From an uncultured Desulfarculus sp. (lineage in GTDB: Bacteria; Desulfobacterota; Desulfarculia; Desulfarculales; Desulfarculaceae), in contig CAXXUK010000001.1 in assembly GCA_963665125.2 (NCBI GenBank), forward strand, positions 1,728,001 through 1,792,000: 64,000 nucleotides of DNA. Reading direction: 5' to 3'. Both the position numbers and the translations under genes were made by a program. Every line of letters starts with the position of its first letter. Position 1 is the stretch's first letter. Positions 18,680 to 28,139 of this stretch are shown piece by piece. Below the pieces are notes generated by a model that made no database searches, had not been told where the DNA came from, and saw only the letters and a program-made list of their open reading frames with translations.

Positions 18680-19072
18680 TTATGCGTCTTTTTCCAGGGA
18701 TTCGATAATCAGGCGGGGCAATGAAGCTGCGTTGTGCAGGACCTGGGCCAAATCACCGGCGTTCAGAGAATCCCAGTGGATGCCGGCACAAACCACCACC
18801 CGCACGCCCAGGTAGGCGGCCAGGGTTTTGGCCAAGTCGCGGGCCAGCATGTCTTCCTTGTGGCCGGGGAAACAGATCACCGAGGCATCGGAGCTGGTCA
18901 CATCGGGATCGGCCAGGCTGGGGCGGGGCGATGCGGCGGCCACGGCGCCCACGTGGGGCGCCGGACCTCCGTTGACAATCACCACAAGGTCCGGGCCGGA
19001 CCAAAGGCAACGGGCCTCGACATTGTAGGACTCGCCTTTGGTGACAACCCAAATTTCCCTGTTATCGGCCAT
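18680..19072 (-). CDS. LpdD-like (prenyl-flavin chaperone / PAC4-like) protein
   Basis: DLVVIVNGG..PHVGAVA, PGHKED, VVVCAGIHWD family pattern. Confidence 0.7.
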   Translation of the reverse strand: MADNREIWVVTKGESYNVEARCLWSGPDLVVIVNGGPAPHVGAVAAASPRPSLADPDVTSSDASVICFPGHKEDMLARDLAKTLAAYLGVRVVVCAGIHWDSLNAGDLAQVLHNAASLPRLIIESLEKDA

Positions 19073-19584
19073 TATTGCTTTGGCAGGCGCTTTTCAATGT
19101 TTTCCATGCGCTGCAAGAGGATGTCCAGCTTGTTTTCCAGGGACTGCAAGCCGTCTTCCAATTTTTCCAGGCGCTTTTCGGTCACAGCGTCAGTGGCGCC
19201 GCCGGTGTTGATCGGCGTGAGCGCTGGATGGGTCAGCACCGGCGCCGCTGTGGGCTGTCCGGAGCCGTAGGCGGGAATGCCGCCCTCGCCCGCATCGGAT
19301 CTTTCCTTGGAACGCTTGACCATGATCCGCTCACCGGTCTTTGTGTTGAGCATGTTGCCATCCTTGAGAAGCTCCACGGGATGGCCAGGCAGCCAGTTAT
19401 AGGCAACGTCCCAGTCGCGGGGGTTGGGCACATTCCAAACCGAACCGTCGTTTAGAAAGACCTTTTCACCGGTTTCGGTGACTTTTTTAACCATGAGTTG
19501 CGCCGCCGGCGCGGGAGATACGGCCACGGCGCAAACCATGGCGCAGATCATGATGATCACGGTAGCCTTAAGGGAACGATGCAT
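19072..19584 (-). CDS. Exported hypothetical protein with C-terminal coiled coil (start 19584-19596)
   Basis: Signal peptide ending PAPAA; LNDGSVW..W beta-rich segment; heptads RLEKLEDGLQSLENKLD; TAATG overlap with next gene. Confidence 0.7.
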   Translation of the reverse strand: MHRSLKATVIIMICAMVCAVAVSPAPAAQLMVKKVTETGEKVFLNDGSVWNVPNPRDWDVAYNWLPGHPVELLKDGNMLNTKTGERIMVKRSKERSDAGEGGIPAYGSGQPTAAPVLTHPALTPINTGGATDAVTEKRLEKLEDGLQSLENKLDILLQRMENIEKRLPKQ

Positions 19585-19735
19585 CTTCATCTCCAATAAA
19601 AATGCTTAATTACGTTAACCAGCCAATTGAAGCACAGGCCCGGCTATTTGTCCAAGGCAAGTTTGGTTACAAAACCGGACCATGTTGACACAGGCGATAG
19701 CCTATGCTACTGGCATTGACAGTCAATATACCAGG

Positions 19736-19912
19736 TTGTCGGTGCGTCGGCTCCCCGGCGCAAATGGGAAGGCGGTGAAAATCCGCCGCGGCCCCGCCGC
19801 TGTAACCGGGTACCGAAGCCGCAAGCCGGATAAAACCGGCGGTCACTGCGCCCAGCGGCGCGGGAAGGCGCGGCCAAAGGGATGAACCGGAAGCCAGAAG
19901 ACCTGCCGACAA
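19736..19912 (+). ncRNA. Cobalamin riboswitch
   Basis: GGTGC...AAATGGGAA-GGCGGTGAAAATCCGCC-GC-GGCCCCGCCGCTGTAA, CACTG...GGGAAGG, B12 box AAGCCAGAAGACCTGCC; P1 TTGTCGG/CCGACAA. Confidence 0.95.
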
Positions 19913-20134
19913 TTTCCGGCTGTTGATCGTATGCGAGGGCATACCGGCCGGGTGGTGTCCAGGTACGGGTGGGCTCTACACAAAATCGAGTCCATCCGAA
20001 GTTGCCTAGTATATTGGTCAGTTTTTTTACGACTAGCTAATATCGTCATCACCCGCCATAATCCCTTATTAAGACCCGGCGCACGGATGCGTAAATCACG
20101 CACCAATCGATTCTTTTGGCGAGGTTTGTCAATC

Positions 20135-22081
20135 ATGAAGATCAGGTTCGAACCCTTTGACGTGGAAATCGAAGTGGAAGCTGGCACCAGCGTTCTGGAG
20201 GCGTCTCTCCAGGCCGGCGTACACATCAACGCCTCCTGCGGCGGGTCTGGTGTGTGCGGCAAATGCGCTATCACCGTTAAGGAAGGGCAGTATAAAGGCG
20301 GCATCAGCGAAAAAGTCAGCGCCGAGGATCAGGCAAAGGGCGTGCGCCTGGCCTGCACGACGATTCCCACCGGTGATTTGGTGGTGGAGGTGCCGGTCCA
20401 TGCCGCCCGTGACGACGCAGGACTCAAGCTTCTGGCCACCGGCTCGGCCAAACTGGCCAAGCTCATCGGCGCCGAGGATCTGCGCCAGCAAGGCCGTTAC
20501 GATCCGGCATTGGCCGAGGTCGTGGTCACGGCCGATCCTCCCAGCGGAAGTGACAACACCAACGACGTCGGCCGCCTATTAAAGGCCATGCGGGCCATGG
20601 GTGAAAGCAACTTCGCTTTCCGCTTCGAGGCGGTCCGCGACCTGCCGGATGCATGGCGCGAAGGCAACTGGACCGTGACGGCCAAGATACTAAGGGCCGC
20701 TACCAGCACGGGTAAAAACCAGGTTATTCACGTCATGCCGGGTGACGACAGCGCCCGCAACATCGTCGCGGCCATCGACCTTGGCACCACTACGGTCTGG
20801 GCTCAATTCATCGACTTGGCCACGGGCGAAATCTTGGGCTCGGAGGGCGACTTCAACGCCCAGATCGGTTACGGCGAAGACGTCATCACCCGCATCATGT
20901 ACGCCAAGAAAGACGGCGGTCTCAAGCGCCTGCAAGAGGCCGCGGCCAACTCGATAAACGAGGTCCTCAAAAAGCTTTCCCGCTCCACCGGCGTGGATGT
21001 CAACGAAGTCAACCTGGCCACCATCGCCGGCAACACGACGATGACCCAGCTGTTTTTGGGCGTCAACCCGCAATATATCCGGCTGGACCCGTACGTACCC
21101 GCGGCGGCCTATTACCCTCCCGTGCAGGCCTACAAATTCGGCCTGTCCTTCCAGGACCACGTGCCGCTGCTCATATTCCCGGCCGTGGCGTCCTATGTGG
21201 GCGGCGATGTCATCTCCGGCGTCATGGGTTCGGGCATGCACGTGGACGAGCGTTTGACCCTGTTCATCGACATGGGCACCAACGGCGAGGTCGTGGTGGG
21301 CAACAAGGACTGGATGGTCTGCGCCGCGGCCAGCGCCGGTCCGGCCTTCGAAGGCGGCGGCATCAAGTTCGGCATGCGTGCGGCCAAGGGAGCCATTGAG
21401 AATTTCTCGGTGGATCCGGTCACAGGCGAACCGTCCATCACCACCATCGGCAGGAGCCGGGCCAGAGGCATCTGCGGCTCGGGCCTGATCAACGCCGTTT
21501 CGGCTCTGCTGTTGACCAACCTCATCGACGAGCGCGGCAAATTCAACGTCAACCACCCCAGCGACCGTCTACGCGTGGGCGAGGACGGACCGGAATACGT
21601 GCTGGTCTGGAAGGAAGACGGCGCCCTGGACCGCGACATCACCATCACCGAACCGGATATGGACAACCTGATCAGGGCCAAGGGCGCCATGTACGCCGCC
21701 TATATGACCCTGCTGGAGTCGGTGGGCCTGACCATCAAGGACCTGGACCGGGTTATCCTGGCCGGCGGTTTCGGCCAGAGCATCAACCTGGAACGCGCCC
21801 AGATCATCGGCCTGCTGCCGGAGATGCCCGCCGACCAGTTCATATTTGTGGGCAACGGTTCGCTTTTGGGCGCCCGGTTGATCTGCATGAGCAACCAGCT
21901 TCGCTCGGAAGTGCTGGACATCGTGGACAAGATGACCAACTTCGAACTTTCCGTGGCGCCGGGCTACATGGACGCCTACATGGCCGCCCAGTTCCTGCCC
22001 CATACCGAGGCCAAACGGTTGTTCCCCAACGCCTACGAACAGATTCAGCTGGCCCACAAGGCCTTCGCCGCCAGTCATTAG
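20135..22081 (+). CDS. ASKHA-family ATP-dependent reductive activator of corrinoid proteins (RACo-type) with N-terminal 2Fe-2S domain
   Basis: CGGSGVCGKC...RLAC, AIDLGTTT, YGEDVITRI, SYVGGD, IDMGTNGE, AGPAFEGG, GICGSG, LAGGFG, VGNGSL. Confidence 0.93.
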   Translation: MKIRFEPFDVEIEVEAGTSVLEASLQAGVHINASCGGSGVCGKCAITVKEGQYKGGISEKVSAEDQAKGVRLACTTIPTGDLVVEVPVHAARDDAGLKLLATGSAKLAKLIGAEDLRQQGRYDPALAEVVVTADPPSGSDNTNDVGRLLKAMRAMGESNFAFRFEAVRDLPDAWREGNWTVTAKILRAATSTGKNQVIHVMPGDDSARNIVAAIDLGTTTVWAQFIDLATGEILGSEGDFNAQIGYGEDVITRIMYAKKDGGLKRLQEAAANSINEVLKKLSRSTGVDVNEVNLATIAGNTTMTQLFLGVNPQYIRLDPYVPAAAYYPPVQAYKFGLSFQDHVPLLIFPAVASYVGGDVISGVMGSGMHVDERLTLFIDMGTNGEVVVGNKDWMVCAAASAGPAFEGGGIKFGMRAAKGAIENFSVDPVTGEPSITTIGRSRARGICGSGLINAVSALLLTNLIDERGKFNVNHPSDRLRVGEDGPEYVLVWKEDGALDRDITITEPDMDNLIRAKGAMYAAYMTLLESVGLTIKDLDRVILAGGFGQSINLERAQIIGLLPEMPADQFIFVGNGSLLGARLICMSNQLRSEVLDIVDKMTNFELSVAPGYMDAYMAAQFLPHTEAKRLFPNAYEQIQLAHKAFAASH

Positions 22082-22186
22082 GCAAGCCGGGCCATGGCCG
22101 ACATCATTTTGTCGGCCATGGCCTGCAACAAAGAAGACCCGGTGGACCTATTGCAGCCTTCCAAACCCTATGCTAAGCTTCAGGCC

Positions 22187-22585
22187 ATGAAAACGGGGTT
22201 GATATTTCGCTGGTTTTTGAATGCATTGGGCCTTCTGCTGGTCAGTTGGATCTTCGACGGCATCCATGTCGACGGCTTTGGCTGGGCCCTTATCGCCGCG
22301 CTATTCCTTGGCATCCTAAACGCCGTTATCAGACCCCTGCTCATTATTCTCACGCTGCCTATCACATTCCTGACAATGGGTTTATTCATTCTGGTGGTCA
22401 ATGCACTGATGCTTTGGCTGACCGGAGCGCTGTTGGCCGGATTCCAAGTGCAAGGTTTCTGGACGGCCATGGGCGGAGCCATCATTCTCAGTCTAATCAG
22501 TATGGCCGCAAACAGTTTTGTGGCTGACAAGGGTCGTATAGAAATTATCGAACTGCGTAGGGGCCCCTCGGGCCGTTGGGAGTAA
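22187..22585 (+). CDS. YvlD/DUF360 four-TM membrane protein (phage holin superfamily IV-like)
   Basis: LGILNAVIRPLLIILTLPITFLTMGLFILVVNALML. Confidence 0.85.
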   Translation: MKTGLIFRWFLNALGLLLVSWIFDGIHVDGFGWALIAALFLGILNAVIRPLLIILTLPITFLTMGLFILVVNALMLWLTGALLAGFQVQGFWTAMGGAIILSLISMAANSFVADKGRIEIIELRRGPSGRWE

Positions 22586-22595
22586 CGAGCCGGTC

Positions 22596-22865
22596 ATGGA
22601 TAACAATGCAGCACAAATTCGCGTTGATTCCTGTTTGGGCGTGATTCGTGATATTCACACCAGGCTGCTCAAGGAAGACATCAATCCCCGCATAGTCGAA
22701 CAACTGCAACACCTCAACGACATGCTGTCGCTTATCGACCACAAATCAGTAACCGAAACGGAAATGACGCGCATCGAAAGGTGCTGCAACCAGCTGTTAA
22801 ATGAATTGGGCGTCTTGTTTACCCACCGTGGTATAGAAAGTCTCTACGAAATTACAGTGCATTGA
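22596..22865 (+). CDS. Hypothetical helical protein
   Basis: 89-codon ORF 10 nt after previous stop, followed by a hairpin. Confidence 0.65.
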   Translation: MDNNAAQIRVDSCLGVIRDIHTRLLKEDINPRIVEQLQHLNDMLSLIDHKSVTETEMTRIERCCNQLLNELGVLFTHRGIESLYEITVH

Positions 22866-22916
22866 CCCGACCGCCGCATCGCAAACCGGCATTGGCTCAA
22901 CTATTTTGATTATCAT

Positions 22917-22949
22917 GGGCGGCCCCGCATCAACGGGGCTGCCCTTTCT
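22917..22949. terminator. Hairpin between convergent genes
   Basis: gggcggccccg/cggggctgccc stem followed by tttct. Confidence 0.6.
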
Positions 22950-22952
22950 GAT

Positions 22953-23198
22953 TTAACGAGTGTGTCCCGGCAGGGTGATGCTGGCGCAAGAGCCCTTGCT
23001 GCCGCAGTCATTACTTTGGACGGAAGGGCCGGAGGCGGAACCGCCGCCGGAGACCACGGCGCTACCGGCGCTCATCAGTTTGCTTATGTTGGGGCTTTGG
23101 CATTCGGGGCATTTGGGCTCGATAAGGTCATCGGAGCGCATGGCCAGAAGCTCGAATTGATGACCGCAGCCATCGCAGCGGAATTCATAAATGGGCAT
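22953..23198 (-). CDS. FmdB family zinc-ribbon protein
   Basis: MPIYEFRCDGCGHQFE...CPECQS...KLMS. Confidence 0.9.
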   Translation of the reverse strand: MPIYEFRCDGCGHQFELLAMRSDDLIEPKCPECQSPNISKLMSAGSAVVSGGGSASGPSVQSNDCGSKGSCASITLPGHTR

Positions 23199-23294
23199 TG
23201 ACGAATCCTTTCATAGATCTACGGGCAGGGCAAGTGTATCGCCGCCGAGCGTTGCTGGCAAGGCCGTCCGCCCAAATGCGAAGCGGAGCGCACA

Positions 23295-24077
23295 ATGAGC
23301 TGGAAACTGGCCACCTTTAACGTCAACGGCATACGCGCCAGGCTGCATATCCTTTTGCCCTGGCTGGCCGAGAACCAACCCGACGTTCTGTGCCTTCAGG
23401 AAATAAAATGCCAGGACAAGGATTTTCCAGCCGAACAATTCGCCGATGCGGGATATGAGGCCATTTTCCACGGCCAGAAGAGCTACAACGGCGTGGCCAT
23501 TCTCAGCCGGCAAATACCCCAGGAACACGGCAGCGGTTTCAATGGGCAATGGGAAGACGATCAGGCCCGGCTTATCTGGATGCGCCACGGCGACATATTG
23601 ATAGTCAACACATATGTGCCCCAGGGCCGAGATCCCCAGGACCCGGCCTTTGCCTATAAACTGGAATTTTTCAGCCAACTCCACAAAATGTTCGACCTTA
23701 AATCCTCGCCCGATCAAAAGGTGATCTGGTGCGGCGACATCAACGTGGCGCCCCGGGACATCGACCTGTACGACCCAGAAACCCTGGCCGGCACCATAGG
23801 CTGCCACCCCGATGAACGGGCGGCGTATCAGGCGGTGCTGGACTGGGGTTTCAACGACGTTTTCCGGCGGCTGTATCCGGAAAAGCAGCAGTTCACCTTT
23901 TGGGACTACCGATTGCGGGGAGCATTGAGCAGGGGCCTGGGCTGGCGCATCGACCATATCCTGGCCACGGCTAGCGTGGCCGAGGCCTGCACCTCCTGCT
24001 GGGCAGACGAAGCGCCCAGGCGTCTGGAAAAACCTTCGGACCATACGCCGTTGGTAGCTGAGTTCGATTTTTCGTAA
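23295..24077 (+). CDS. xth: Exodeoxyribonuclease III
   Basis: ATFNVNGIRAR, LCLQEIK, YNGVAILS, GDINVA, FTFWDYR, GWRIDH, PSDHTP. Confidence 0.95.
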   Translation: MSWKLATFNVNGIRARLHILLPWLAENQPDVLCLQEIKCQDKDFPAEQFADAGYEAIFHGQKSYNGVAILSRQIPQEHGSGFNGQWEDDQARLIWMRHGDILIVNTYVPQGRDPQDPAFAYKLEFFSQLHKMFDLKSSPDQKVIWCGDINVAPRDIDLYDPETLAGTIGCHPDERAAYQAVLDWGFNDVFRRLYPEKQQFTFWDYRLRGALSRGLGWRIDHILATASVAEACTSCWADEAPRRLEKPSDHTPLVAEFDFS

Positions 24078-24079
24078 TA

Positions 24080-25192
24080 TCAGGGCAGGCAGACCTGGTT
24101 GCGGCCACCCTGTTTGGCTTTATAGAGGGCCTTGTCGGCCTGCTCCACCAACTGGGCTATGCTTTGTTGGCCGTCCCACTGGGCCACGCCCATGCTCACC
24201 GTAAAGCCCCCCAGTGAATCGAAGGGCGGGACCTTGGAATTGGCCTCGACACTCTTGCGGACTTTTTCGGCGACCTTGCGGCCCTTGTTCAGATCACAGT
24301 CCAGCAACAAGACCATGAACTCCTCTCCGCCGAAACGCCCCACGAGGTCGGTCTTGCGCACGCCATCGCGCAACCAGCCCGAGAAACGCCGCAAGGCGTC
24401 ATCACCCTGCAGATGACCAAGCTGATCATTGAGTCGTTTAAAGTGGTCCAAGTCGGCCATGACGACGCTTATGGGCTTGCCGGAACGCTTGGAGCGCAGC
24501 AGTTCCTCTTCAAGCCGCTGGTGGATGTAGCGGTGATTGTATAAACTGGTCAAACCGTCGGTGATGGACAACTCCACCAGACGCTGGTTGGCCTCTTTCA
24601 ACCTGGCGTTCAGGCTTTTCAACTCTAGGTTTTGTTCATCGGCCTTGGTCTTCAGTTCGACAATGCGCCCCATGTTGTCAATCATTTCACTGACAAGGCC
24701 GTAGTGTTCGATGGCAACGGCCAGCAGGTCGCCAATCGTCTCCATGAACAAAATGGCTTCCGGATCATGCACCGGCTTTTTATCTGGTGGCCAAACCGCG
24801 GTGATGACGCCGACCCTGACCTCCAAACCGGAAACAAGGGCGCTGATCAATCCGGAGGTGCCTTCGGGGCTGTCGGAACCGAAAAGATGAACCGTATCTT
24901 TTTGGAGCAAAACCCGGGCCGGCCATTGTGGGCTGTTTGCATCCAGAGTGCGCCAGGAATTGAGAAGCCCGTTGTCAATCTCATGAAAAGAAACAAGCTG
25001 GAGGGTGGAACCTTGGTCGTCATGCAGATGCAGACAGGTCATGGCGCCGTCAAGAGCCTCGGCGGCGTTGCGTAATGCCTCGTCGAAAATTACCGATATT
25101 TCCAACTCGGAATGAGCGGCCATTGTGGCGATGGTCCGCCTCAAGGCCGTTAACTTAACACGAAATCCAGTTTTATTCCCTTTTTCCGTCAC
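24080..25192 (-). CDS. Diguanylate cyclase (GAF-like domain, coiled coil, GGDEF)
   Basis: TDGLTSLYN, DLDHFKRLND..GHLQGD, I-site RKTD, active site RFGGEEF, ADKALYKAKQGGRN. Confidence 0.92.
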   Translation of the reverse strand: MTEKGNKTGFRVKLTALRRTIATMAAHSELEISVIFDEALRNAAEALDGAMTCLHLHDDQGSTLQLVSFHEIDNGLLNSWRTLDANSPQWPARVLLQKDTVHLFGSDSPEGTSGLISALVSGLEVRVGVITAVWPPDKKPVHDPEAILFMETIGDLLAVAIEHYGLVSEMIDNMGRIVELKTKADEQNLELKSLNARLKEANQRLVELSITDGLTSLYNHRYIHQRLEEELLRSKRSGKPISVVMADLDHFKRLNDQLGHLQGDDALRRFSGWLRDGVRKTDLVGRFGGEEFMVLLLDCDLNKGRKVAEKVRKSVEANSKVPPFDSLGGFTVSMGVAQWDGQQSIAQLVEQADKALYKAKQGGRNQVCLP

Positions 25193-25506
25193 GCTGTCAT
25201 TCCATTTGGGCCGTCTCGGGCCAAGCCGTTTCCATTAAAAAATGAAAGCCAGTCACATTTTTACCACACTTTTTCGTTTTATATAGTCACAATTATGAAC
25301 AATATAAAAATACCACATTTGAAAAAACAGCCACCTTCGCCGGACCAAAGCTCAGCCATAATAAATATCGAAACAGAGCTGCCCTACAAACAAACATATT
25401 GCAATAAAATTAATCAGTGATATTTTATCATCAAATTATGGTTGCAATGATTTCATATTTTATGTCAAAAGATATAGTAATCGAATTTTTCCAAGGGAGA
25501 ATACTT

Positions 25507-25857
25507 ATGGCTCGAAAATCCAAATGGTCTGCCGAAGACCGAAAAAAACTGCTTAAAATGGTCAACAATGGAACTACAGAACAGGACATTCGTGAAGAAC
25601 TGGCCATTAACGGCAAGGCCATGACAGCCATAGAATTTGCCCAGCAGTTCAAGATGGCCATGGTTGAAGACGGCCGTATCAAGCAAGCAACCGCCAAGAA
25701 AACCGTGGAAAAAGCGAAAACATACGAAGTGACGGATACCGGCCGTCTTTCAATTACCGATTTTTCCGAAATCACCGGTGCCGCAGCCGGAGCCAAATTC
25801 AGGCTTGAAAAACCTAGAGGCCGTTCCCAAGCATGGCGGTTGGTGGCGGCAGATTAA
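25507..25857 (+). CDS. Small basic hypothetical protein, possibly DNA-binding
   Basis: GGGAGA SD; Lys-rich 116 aa; helical N-terminus and AbrB-like VTDTGRLSI segment; own terminator. Confidence 0.7.
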   Translation: MARKSKWSAEDRKKLLKMVNNGTTEQDIREELAINGKAMTAIEFAQQFKMAMVEDGRIKQATAKKTVEKAKTYEVTDTGRLSITDFSEITGAAAGAKFRLEKPRGRSQAWRLVAAD

Positions 25858-25877
25858 CACACCGCGTGTCTATTTAC

Positions 25878-25916
25878 AAATAGGCTGCATACCATATGGG
25901 TATGTAGCCTATTTTT
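25878..25916. terminator. Intrinsic terminator-like hairpin
   Basis: aaataggctgcatacc/ggtatgtagcctattt stem then T-run. Confidence 0.7.
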
Positions 25917-26162
25917 GTGTAATGGGCCGCCGTCAACATCGTCACGAGTATAGGCTTTTTTAGACATGCCTGGTTTTATTTCGTTGAATTATTTCAAGCG
26001 GATGTTCAATCGCGCCAAGAGATTATGGATGGCCCCGATCGGCCTTTATGCCACATGTCAATCCACTAGGCGCAATCCCCTTGTATGGTTTGTGTTTTTT
26101 AGTCATAATCATGCCGTTGACAATTGTTATGCGGCAAATTTTCTGACTTTGGAGAAAAATTG

Positions 26163-27224
26163 ATGACCATAATCGTTACAGGTGGCGCGGGATTTATAGG
26201 TTCAGCATTAGTACATTATTTAATCAGCGTTCGCCGCGTAAAAGTGGTATGCATTGACAAGTTGACCTATGCCGCAAACTTGGCTTCGTTAAAGACCTTT
26301 ACAGACAATCCAGACTTTTTTTTCGAGCAAACGGATATATGCTCCGCGGATGAAATCAAGCGAATTTTCAAACAGCATAGGCCTTCAGGCATCATGCACT
26401 TGGCCGCCGAGTCTCATGTGGACAGGTCAATCGACTCGCCCGGTCAATTTATCCAGACCAACATTGTAGGAACATATACCCTTTTGGGAGCCGCCCTGGA
26501 ATATTGGGAAGATTTGGATGGGCCGGCAAGGGAATCTTTCCGGTTTTTACATGTTTCCACCGATGAAGTATACGGTTCTCTTGGCGCCGACGGCCTTTTC
26601 ACCGAAGACATGCCCTACAGGCCTAATTCACCCTATGCGGCAAGCAAGGCTAGCTCCGATCTATTGGCTAGGGCCTGGCATAAAACATACGGCTTGCCCG
26701 TGGTTATCAGCAACTGCTCCAACAATTACGGCCCGCGTCAATTCCCAGAGAAACTTATTCCCTTGATGATTATTAAAGGCATGTCCGGCGAGTCTCTTCC
26801 TGTTTACGGAACAGGCATGAACGTGAGAGACTGGCTTCATGTGGATGATCATGCCGAAGCCCTGACGATGATATTGGAAAAAGGCCGCCCAGGCCAGACA
26901 TACAACATCGGAGGCAACGCCGAACGCAACAACATGCAGGTCGTGGAGACGATATGCGCGGAACTGGACAAGGCCCTGCCCGACTCGCCGCACAGGCCGC
27001 ACAGGCAGCTGGTCAAGATGGTCGCCGACAGACCGGGGCACGACCTGCGTTACGCCATGGATTACAGCAAATTGGCCGCGGAACTCGGCTGGCAGCCCAA
27101 GCACACCTTTGAACAGGGTCTGGCTGACACGGTCCGCTGGTATCTGGACAACCACTGGTGGTGGCAGCCCATCATCGACGGCACCTACGCCGGGCAGCGC
27201 CTCGGCCTAAACCGGAGGGATTGA
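26163..27224 (+). CDS. rmlB: dTDP-glucose 4,6-dehydratase
   Basis: [55 protein letters not shown]. Confidence 0.96.
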   Translation: MTIIVTGGAGFIGSALVHYLISVRRVKVVCIDKLTYAANLASLKTFTDNPDFFFEQTDICSADEIKRIFKQHRPSGIMHLAAESHVDRSIDSPGQFIQTNIVGTYTLLGAALEYWEDLDGPARESFRFLHVSTDEVYGSLGADGLFTEDMPYRPNSPYAASKASSDLLARAWHKTYGLPVVISNCSNNYGPRQFPEKLIPLMIIKGMSGESLPVYGTGMNVRDWLHVDDHAEALTMILEKGRPGQTYNIGGNAERNNMQVVETICAELDKALPDSPHRPHRQLVKMVADRPGHDLRYAMDYSKLAAELGWQPKHTFEQGLADTVRWYLDNHWWWQPIIDGTYAGQRLGLNRRD

Positions 27225-27227
27225 CCC

Positions 27228-28136
27228 ATAGGAAGCGCCGACGCACAAAAGACCATCCTCGTCTTGGGAGCGGGCGGTCAACTTGGCCGTGAGCTACTTC
27301 GCACCCGGCCTCCGCGGGGAATGTCGGCCAAGGGATTGACCCGCGGCGATTTGGACATCACCAACCCTGATGTAGTGATGGAAGCGCTGAGGAAAATCAA
27401 GCCCGACGTGGTTATCAATTGTGCGTCCTACACCGCCGTGGACAAGGCCGAACAGCAAGTGCAGCAATCCTTTGACGTCAACACCCAGGGCGCCGCGGCC
27501 GTGGCCAGGGCCTGCGAGGAAACCGGCGCCCACCTTTTGCATATCTCCACGGAATATGTTTTCAACGGCTTCCAGGAAGAGCCCTACGTTGAGGACGACG
27601 ATACCTCGCCCCTGAATATTTACGGTCAATGCAAGGCCGAGGCCGAACGCCAGGTGCGCCTTTTGTGCCATGGCCACGTCATTGTGCGCACCTCATGGCT
27701 TTTTTCGACCATGGGCAAAAACTTCGTACACGCCATCCTCAGGCTGGCCAAGGAAAAACCTCAGCTGCGGGTGGTGGCCGACCAATTCGGCTGCCCCACT
27801 CCCTCCGCGGACCTCTCTCAAGTTTTATTTGAAATATCCCGTCAGTTGCTTGAAGGCAAGAGCGACGGATTCGGCACGTTTCACTATTGCGGCGCCGGAA
27901 AGGTCAGCCGCTATGGCTTCGCCCAGCGCATCCTGAAACACGCCAGGCCTTATTTGGCCAACATGCCGGAGATGATCCCCGTCAGCCAAAGCGAATTTCC
28001 CACACCGGCCCACCGGCCCATGAACTGCATCCTAGACTGCGCAAAGATTGGCCGGGTCTACGGCATCAAGCAAAAGGCCTGGGACAGCGGTCTGGCGGAT
28101 GTTATAAAAGAGTTGCACTCTAAAGCGGGAGAGTAG
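27228..28136 (+). CDS. rmlD: dTDP-4-dehydrorhamnose reductase (probable non-canonical ATA start)
   Basis: ILVLGAGGQLG, NCASYTAVDKAE, YGQCK, RTSWLF, VVADQFGCPT, PTPAHRP. Confidence 0.92.
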   Translation: MGSADAQKTILVLGAGGQLGRELLRTRPPRGMSAKGLTRGDLDITNPDVVMEALRKIKPDVVINCASYTAVDKAEQQVQQSFDVNTQGAAAVARACEETGAHLLHISTEYVFNGFQEEPYVEDDDTSPLNIYGQCKAEAERQVRLLCHGHVIVRTSWLFSTMGKNFVHAILRLAKEKPQLRVVADQFGCPTPSADLSQVLFEISRQLLEGKSDGFGTFHYCGAGKVSRYGFAQRILKHARPYLANMPEMIPVSQSEFPTPAHRPMNCILDCAKIGRVYGIKQKAWDSGLADVIKELHSKAGE

Positions 28137-28139
28137 GCC

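Noticed and set aside
22187..22585. Holin-family gene as evidence of a prophage
   Set aside because: YvlD/DUF360 proteins are common chromosomal membrane proteins; no endolysin, integrase or virion genes are nearby.
27222..27270. Selenocysteine insertion at the rmlB UGA
   Set aside because: No convincing SECIS-like hairpin immediately downstream, and a linker position has no catalytic Cys equivalent.
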